Origin: Candidatus Altiarchaeota archaeon
GTDB lineage: Archaea > Altiarchaeota > Altiarchaeia > IMC4 > SCGC-AAA252-I15
Assembly (NCBI GenBank): GCA_043800255.1
Contig: JAZDNF010000017.1
Location: 27-64,026 of the forward strand
DNA: 64,000 nt
Reading direction: 5' to 3'
Position 1 is the stretch's first letter. The number at the start of each line of letters is the position of its first letter. This document shows positions 58,427 to 64,000 of the stretch, one piece after another. A model generated the notes under the pieces. It was not told where the DNA came from and searched no databases. It worked only from the letters and a program-made list of their open reading frames with translations. The position numbers were made by a program, and so were the translations under genes.

Positions 58427-59701
58427 TTACTTTAGCAGTTCGCGGGCGATAACGAGCTTCTGTATTTGTGATGTTCCCTCCCCGATTTTTAATAATTTAG
58501 CGTCTCTCAGCAGTCGGTCCGCAGGGTATCTTGGGTCTTCGTTCTCTTCACCCTTGATATTTACGGCAAAGTTCGCTGCCCGAAAAGCAGCCTCAGAAGA
58601 GTAAAGCTTTGCCATTGCAGCTTTCATAGTCTTGTCAGGGCTTCCAATATCATAGGCCTGTGCAGCCTGGTAAACTAGCGCCCTTGAAGCTGCAAGCTCT
58701 GTCGCAATGTCCGCTACAGTGAACTCCTTACCTTGTGTGGGTATCGCCTGGCCATAGTATATCAGCTCCTGCATTGAGAATTCCTTCGCGTCCTTCGGCG
58801 TTTTTCCAGTGTAGTGTATTGCAGCCTCTAATGCGGCCTGATGGACTCCCAACGCTATTCCTGAGATTGAAAGTCTGCCCCGGTCTAAGGTTGAGAGGAA
58901 ATACGTCATAGCCTTGCCCTCCTCTCCGATAAGGTTTTCTTTTGGAATTCTGCAGTCTTCGAAAATGAGGTCGGAGGTTATTGATGCATGATGTCCTAAC
59001 ATACGAGGCATCTTCTTTGCAGTAAATCCTGGTGTGCCATTCTCTACGATGAACGCGCTAATTAGAGGTCTGCCGTCCTTTTTCCTGACGCCAGTATTTG
59101 CGAACACGGTAACAACGTCTGCGACAGCTCCCTGTGTTATGAAAATTTTTTCTCCGTTTAAGACCCACTCGTTACCTTTCAATACTGCTTTTGTCCTCAT
59201 TCCCGCAGTGTCAGACCCGGCATGCGATTCGGTCAAACCAAACGCTCCGATAATACCACCACTTAACAGTCCAGGCAGATAGTTTTGTTTCTGTTTCTCA
59301 CTTCCGAACGTCAGTATAGTGTCAGTTGCTAGTCCGCCCTGGACGTCCAGTATCAGGCCGACTCCTGCGCTTACTCTAGAAACTTCTTCCTCGACCATTA
59401 CCCACGGCAGTGCCCCCAAACCTGCGCCGCCATACTCTAATGGGAAGGAGACTCCAATGAGACCGAGCTTTCCCATGCGTCTGACAAGATCTAACGGATA
59501 TTTATCCTCCCTGTCGAGTACATCAGCTAACTCGTATCCTATCTCTTTTTCCGCGAAATCGCGGGCAAAATTGCGTATCTGATCAGAAAACGCTGCATCC
59601 ATGTTTATTGGCACGACTCTGCCGGCCAATTTTTTTGGACTTGGCAAACCGGTGAGAATGTGAGCTGCTCTAGGATCGCCTGGACGTAATTTTGTGCCCA
59701 T
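58427..59701 (-). CDS. Acyl-CoA dehydrogenase family protein
   Basis: FPLEYGGAG, FGLTESHAGSD, LNGEKIFIT, IGEGTSQIQ; start uncertain. Confidence 0.88.
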   Translation of the reverse strand: MGTKLRPGDPRAAHILTGLPSPKKLAGRVVPINMDAAFSDQIRNFARDFAEKEIGYELADVLDREDKYPLDLVRRMGKLGLIGVSFPLEYGGAGLGALPWVMVEEEVSRVSAGVGLILDVQGGLATDTILTFGSEKQKQNYLPGLLSGGIIGAFGLTESHAGSDTAGMRTKAVLKGNEWVLNGEKIFITQGAVADVVTVFANTGVRKKDGRPLISAFIVENGTPGFTAKKMPRMLGHHASITSDLIFEDCRIPKENLIGEEGKAMTYFLSTLDRGRLSISGIALGVHQAALEAAIHYTGKTPKDAKEFSMQELIYYGQAIPTQGKEFTVADIATELAASRALVYQAAQAYDIGSPDKTMKAAMAKLYSSEAAFRAANFAVNIKGEENEDPRYPADRLLRDAKLLKIGEGTSQIQKLVIARELLK

Positions 59702-59727
59702 ATGTAATCTTAGACGCTCAGAATTAA

Positions 59728-60633
59728 TTAATCCTTTTTCCTGGCCAGATACCGTGCAGCTTTTATGAGTGCCATACATCCCTGGCCTGCTGCGATAACG
59801 TACTGGTACTCGTGGCCTGACGCGCAGTCCCCGGCTGCGAGAACTCCTGAAGTGCTCGTATTCCCTTGGCAGTCTATCCTGATGTGCTGGTGCTCGTCCA
59901 ACTCAACCAGATTTTTGAAGATTTCGGTATTTGGGACTCTACCAGCCTCGACTATGACTCCTCGAACCTTGAGCTGTCTTATCCTGTCCTTTTGCCCGTA
60001 TTTTAGGCCTGTCACAAACTTATCGCCTAATATCTCCTTTGTATCAGCGTTGTAGAGTATCTCAACTTTAGGGTTAGCCGTCACCTTCTCTATGAGGTAC
60101 TCGTGGCCTGTGAAGCTGCCTCCCCTGACGAGCACGTAGATTTTGGAGGCGATGTCCTTCAGGAAGTCGACAGCCTCGAGGGCGGAATTCCCTCCGCCGA
60201 CGACTGCAACGTCCATGCCAGAGAACAGGGGACCGTCGCATATTGAACAGTAGGTTACTCCCTTCCTTGCGAACTTTTCCTCGCCTGGGACGTTCAATTT
60301 ACGGGGCCTGGCGCCGGCGGCGATTATTACGGTCTTAGTGTCATATTCTTTTTTGTCCGTGACAACCCTGAAGTTGCCGCCCGCCAGTTTAACCTCCTTT
60401 ACGGTCTCCTCCAGCACGTTGACGTTGTTGAATTCCGCCTGCTCCTCCATGATTGAGGAGAGTTCAGCCCCGGTTGTCTTCACGATTCCAGGATAGTTGA
60501 GGACCTCTGCACTTTCTAAGAACTGGCCGCCGAACTCTGATGCTATAATCTCATACCTCATCCTCTTCCTGGAGGCGTAGATGGCAGCCGTCAGCCCAGA
60601 AATCCCGGCACCGATTATTATCGTGTCGTACAT
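59728..60633 (-). CDS. trxB: Thioredoxin reductase-like FAD oxidoreductase
   Basis: IIGAGISG, GVTYCSICDG, VVGGGNSA, AAGD; start at MYDTII. Confidence 0.9.
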   Translation of the reverse strand: MYDTIIIGAGISGLTAAIYASRKRMRYEIIASEFGGQFLESAEVLNYPGIVKTTGAELSSIMEEQAEFNNVNVLEETVKEVKLAGGNFRVVTDKKEYDTKTVIIAAGARPRKLNVPGEEKFARKGVTYCSICDGPLFSGMDVAVVGGGNSALEAVDFLKDIASKIYVLVRGGSFTGHEYLIEKVTANPKVEILYNADTKEILGDKFVTGLKYGQKDRIRQLKVRGVIVEAGRVPNTEIFKNLVELDEHQHIRIDCQGNTSTSGVLAAGDCASGHEYQYVIAAGQGCMALIKAARYLARKKD

Positions 60634-60634
60634 T

Positions 60635-61180
60635 TCAGTTGCACGTCTCGCACCCTTCCTCAAAGCACATGCACTCCGGCTCATAGTACTCTCTGGGATG
60701 CTTGCAGGAGGGACACTCCGTCGGTGGTTCAGTGCCCTCATGAATGTAACCGCAATTGCTACACTTCCATCTTATCGGCTTACTCCGCTTGTAGACTGTT
60801 CCATTTTCCACCATCTCCAGCAGCTTTTTGTATCTGGCCTCATGGTGGGCTTCGACCTCGCCGACTTCGGTGAAAAGTTTCGCGATTTCCTTCTTACCCT
60901 CCTTATCAGCCTCCTTCGCGAACTTAGGGTACATCTCCGTCGTCTCGTAGTGCTCTCCCTTGATCGCCTCCCTGAGGTTGGCTTTTGTGTCTCCAATGCC
61001 GTTCAGCCGCTTGAACTCGTCCTTCGCATGCTGTTTCTCGTTCTCAGCGGTTTCTTCGAATATTTTCGCAATATAATAGTAGCCCTCCTTCGCCGCGACC
61101 TTCGCAAAGTATGTGTACTTGTTCCTCGCTTGGCTCTCCCCGGAGAAGGCAGCCTTAAGGTTCTCATCAGTCTTGCCCAT
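60635..61180 (-). CDS. rbr: Rubrerythrin
   Basis: AFSGESQA, ENEKQHA, EAHHE, CSNCGY...CPSC; start at MGKTD behind GAGGTG. Confidence 0.93.
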   Translation of the reverse strand: MGKTDENLKAAFSGESQARNKYTYFAKVAAKEGYYYIAKIFEETAENEKQHAKDEFKRLNGIGDTKANLREAIKGEHYETTEMYPKFAKEADKEGKKEIAKLFTEVGEVEAHHEARYKKLLEMVENGTVYKRSKPIRWKCSNCGYIHEGTEPPTECPSCKHPREYYEPECMCFEEGCETCN

Positions 61181-61247
61181 TTTTGTCCACCTCAACAGAG
61201 TATTAGGACAGGATAAATAAAAGAGCCGGTTACCATTTAGTATTACC

Positions 61248-62396
61248 ATGGGGAATCTCAGAAACTTCTTCTACTCGTCGTTTTTTTCCGGCATAGCGGG
61301 TGGAGCGCTCAGCATAATGCTCCCATTATACTTCAGCCTCAAATTCGAGAGCTCGCTCGCCCTTATGGGCCTCGTGTTTTCAATATACTCTCTGCTTTTC
61401 ATAGTGCTGCAGATTCCATCATCCTATTTCGGGGACAGGTTCAACAGGCGGGGGATACTGATTTTCTCAGACATCCTGATGTTATCAACCATCATCGTCT
61501 ACGGGGCAGCCAGCAGAATCTGGCATTTCGCAGTGGGGAACGCCGTGAAAGGCCTGTCAGGCTCCCTGAACAGGGCAGCATCAAACACCGTCCTCGTCGA
61601 CATCTCCCAGCGGGAGCGGTTCTCAGAGTCTTTTGGAAACCTTATCGGCTCATTCTTCCTGGGCTATGTTATCGGCTATCTCATAGCAGGCCCTGTTGTC
61701 GGCATGATAGGATACCAGAGGGCACTCTATGGTCTAGCAGTATTCCAGGTCGCAGCCCTTTACTTCATTTACCAGATAAAGTATGAGCAGAAAAAACGGA
61801 GCATAAAGTTCAACATAAGGAAGTTCTTCCACAAGCCGCACAGGACGCTTAAGATACTGGCGCTCACCGGTTTCCTGGTATCCCTTGTCGAGGTCATGGA
61901 CGCGACAGTAACGGTCATATTCATCAAAGACGTTTTCTCAGCGTCGATAACCCAGATTGGGCTGGTGTTGGGCGCCGGCTATTTCAGCTTCGGAATCACT
62001 CAGATGATATTCGGAAAACGCTCTGACAGAGGGGGTAGGAAGAGGCATTATGTTTATGGGATGGGTCTCGCGCTCGTAAGCGCCTTTATGATTCCGAACA
62101 TGCCATCGCTGGTCGGTGTCGGCCTCTTCTTCGCACTGCTTTGCATGGGGCATGGGATAGCCTTCCCAGCGGTTATCGGGATAATAGCGGAACACACTTC
62201 TGAGGAGTACAGGTCCCAGGATTTCGGCTTCGTCTCAACCTTCGAGGAACTTGGCAAGTTCGTAGGGCTCCCGCTTATGGGCTGGATAGCAGACACCATA
62301 GGGTATGACACGAGCTTCTACTTCAGGGGAGCGCTGCTGCTGACAGCAGCTGCAATAGTCGTCCTGTTTGTAAAAGAAAAAGAAGGAGCCAATTAA
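61248..62396 (+). CDS. MFS transporter
   Basis: About 12 TM; FGDRFNRR and GKRSDRGGRK loop motifs. Confidence 0.9.
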   Translation: MGNLRNFFYSSFFSGIAGGALSIMLPLYFSLKFESSLALMGLVFSIYSLLFIVLQIPSSYFGDRFNRRGILIFSDILMLSTIIVYGAASRIWHFAVGNAVKGLSGSLNRAASNTVLVDISQRERFSESFGNLIGSFFLGYVIGYLIAGPVVGMIGYQRALYGLAVFQVAALYFIYQIKYEQKKRSIKFNIRKFFHKPHRTLKILALTGFLVSLVEVMDATVTVIFIKDVFSASITQIGLVLGAGYFSFGITQMIFGKRSDRGGRKRHYVYGMGLALVSAFMIPNMPSLVGVGLFFALLCMGHGIAFPAVIGIIAEHTSEEYRSQDFGFVSTFEELGKFVGLPLMGWIADTIGYDTSFYFRGALLLTAAAIVVLFVKEKEGAN

Positions 62397-62412
62397 AGTC
62401 TATCAAGCAAAC

Positions 62413-62522
62413 TGTGAAGAACCACCGGTCAGAGACCGGTGGCATCATATAAGAATAACTGGTGGTTCTTACACGCCTATTCCACCGGTCGCCTACCATC
62501 GGTCAATAGACCGGTGGAATAG
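62413..62522. repeat. Nested palindromic REP/PATE-like element, copy 2
   Basis: AAGAACCACCGGTCAGAGACCGGTGGCAT matches 9621-9649; AAGAACCACC/GGTGGTTCTT and CTATTCCACCGGTC/GACCGGTGGAATAG inverted repeats. Confidence 0.75.
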
Positions 62523-62543
62523 AGCGTTTTAAGAAAAGTTTGG

Positions 62544-63410
62544 TCAGAAGAGATATTTGAATCCTCTTTTATTGGCTTCTTGGATGGTTTTTTCGATAAT
62601 ATCCACAACATTCTTCGGAGTCTGAGTTTTAATGTCGCCGAACAGATAGTTGAAATCGGGTCCTTCCGCCATGCTATCTGCCTTGACTCCAATACTTAGA
62701 CGATATAGATCACCCCGTGAAAGGCGCTCCCGGGTATCTGGGGGTAAATTTTGAATGTTTCCCAGTTCTAAAATTCTGCCACTATTGTCTACAGCACAAT
62801 TCACTGCAGCATATCCCGGTCCAGCATTGCCACCGATAGACTCCTTTTCTACGATATTCTTGAATCTATCTGAGAATATTTTATCTAAATTAGATCTTAC
62901 AGTTCCCTCTGGACTCTGGACAGTTTCTTTATCAGGAATGGCAGTTTTTTGATATTCGACCATTGTACCATTTAAGGACGCGGTATCTTCTAATGTGAAT
63001 CTAAAATTACTGCCATCTGGTCTGATTTGGACGGTAAAATGCCTTCCAGATGATTCTCCATCGTTTATTGTGTCGTGCCCTTGGACATATGAGCGTCCGA
63101 ATCTATATGTTTGACCAAGGTCAAATTTATGAACCCCGCCAGATTCCTTTTCACCGTGCGCATCAAATCGCTGAAATTTAACCTTGTTGTGATCAACCCA
63201 AAATTTGTATGAATGAGAGCCGGCGCCAATCCAAAGTTCTCCTACAAATGTATCCTCAATACGGCCTCCTGACCGATTGCCGCCAATTTTTTTGGATTCC
63301 AACCCAACTAATTTTTTATGTCCAATAGGGAAAACCTCTGGCAGCTGCCTCGCTAAGTCTGCGATATTTTTACCATCATGCCTGTCAGCTTCCAAATATT
63401 TTGGGGCCAT
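62544..63410 (-). CDS. FHA-domain protein with unknown flanking domains
   Basis: FGRS, SGRH and SLNGT FHA motifs in the central region; AT-rich. Confidence 0.75.
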   Translation of the reverse strand: MAPKYLEADRHDGKNIADLARQLPEVFPIGHKKLVGLESKKIGGNRSGGRIEDTFVGELWIGAGSHSYKFWVDHNKVKFQRFDAHGEKESGGVHKFDLGQTYRFGRSYVQGHDTINDGESSGRHFTVQIRPDGSNFRFTLEDTASLNGTMVEYQKTAIPDKETVQSPEGTVRSNLDKIFSDRFKNIVEKESIGGNAGPGYAAVNCAVDNSGRILELGNIQNLPPDTRERLSRGDLYRLSIGVKADSMAEGPDFNYLFGDIKTQTPKNVVDIIEKTIQEANKRGFKYLF

Positions 63411-63472
63411 CAGTAAGTATCACCGTAAGATAAAAATAAGAATCCGACAATTAGGGAATTCAGCGACAAAGA

Positions 63473-63860
63473 GGGTGCCGACAGCGTGCCAGGCAAACTT
63501 TTACCAAAAATTTTCTTTTTGGGCAGCCTGCACTTTTTCTTTTCCCAAAGGAGCGAAGCTCCTTGGGCGCAGGGAACGAAGTTCCCTCGCGTCTAAAGAA
63601 AAAGGGCGGGGGATGTCAACAGCGTGCCAGGCAAACTTTTTAGAAAAGTTTGATCAAAACATGTGTGTTTCGGCCTGCGGCCTCAAGCACACTTACTTTT
63701 TGTTATGATAAGCAATGACAAAGAGGACATCATTCTTTTTCATTCAGTTAGGTGCTATCGAGCGCAAGCGAAGACGCGATGAACGCTTTGCGTTCATGCG
63801 TGCCAAAATTGCGAAGCGATTTTGAGCATAGCACATTTGATCAACCTTTGGAAAAGGTTG
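63473..63860. mobile_element. Tandem miniature hairpin elements at the 5S rRNA 3' end with repeated 21-bp gene-end copies
   Basis: Copies at 63473, 63611 and 63860; inverted termini CAAACTTTT-TAG-AAAAGTTTGATCAAAA (63632-63659) and TTTGATCAACCTTTGGAAAAGGTTG (63836-63860). Confidence 0.7.
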
Positions 63861-63862
63861 GA

Positions 63863-63978
63863 TGTCAACAGCGTCCCGGGGTTCCCGCATGTTATGCAGT
63901 ACCGCCCGGATCGCTGGAGGTCTTAACTTCTGTGTTCGGGATGAGAACAGGTGTTTCCCCTCCGCTGTGACCGTTGAC
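63863..63978 (-). rRNA. rrf: 5S ribosomal RNA
   Basis: Minus strand GTCAACGGTCACAGCGG...CATCCCGAACACAGAAGTTAAG...GCTGTTGAC; conserved CCGAAC and GAAGTTAAG; helix I GTCAAC/GTTGAC. Confidence 0.93.
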
Positions 63979-64000
63979 GGAATAATAATAAGCAAGTCTA

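Noticed and set aside
63473-63880. Possible CRISPR mini-array
   Set aside because: Only three diverged copies with unequal 138 and 249 bp periods; the repeat is the 5S rRNA 3' end and there are no cas genes.
63277-63995. ORFs 63277-63708, 63744-63995 and 63752-63970
   Set aside because: They overlap the 5S rRNA and repeat elements; the repeated TACQANF peptide just reflects the DNA repeat.

Overview
Archaeal chromosomal window. Gene content (PINA, HMG-CoA synthase/thiolase/DUF35, class III PRPP synthase, TrpB2, RpoL, Csl4, Elp3, class III signal-peptide pilins, a lone MtrA homologue) suggests a non-methanogenic archaeon, possibly Altiarchaeota/DPANN-like; this placement is inference only. 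Layout: 0.1-9.4 kb, an AT-richer operon of large secreted/surface proteins; 9.5-10.5 kb, palindromic elements and a GNAT toxin with a convergent small ORF; 10.6-24.8 kb, mostly housekeeping genes; 24.8-32.2 kb, a six-gene Ehr (hydrogenase-4-related) membrane complex bracketed by a 25-bp direct repeat; 32.7 kb, an intron-containing tRNA-Leu(TAG); 33-43 kb, KaiC/rpoL/csl4/ahcY/mtnA/purC; 43-56.7 kb, a pilin plus surface-glycosylation locus; then Elp3, redox genes, an FHA protein and a 5S rRNA. Two observations stand out. (1) A family of tiny hairpin elements (CAAMCTTTT-loop-AAAAGKTTG-ATCAAAA) sits at three conserved targets (tRNA-Leu 3' end, 5S rRNA 3' end, ahcY 5' end), each time with a duplicated and partly diverged copy of the gene end, and also inside the tRNA intron. 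(2) In the Ehr complex the small subunit has lost all four canonical [4Fe-4S] cysteines and the large subunit lacks the NiFe ligands. All calls are from reading motifs by eye; no database searches were run.
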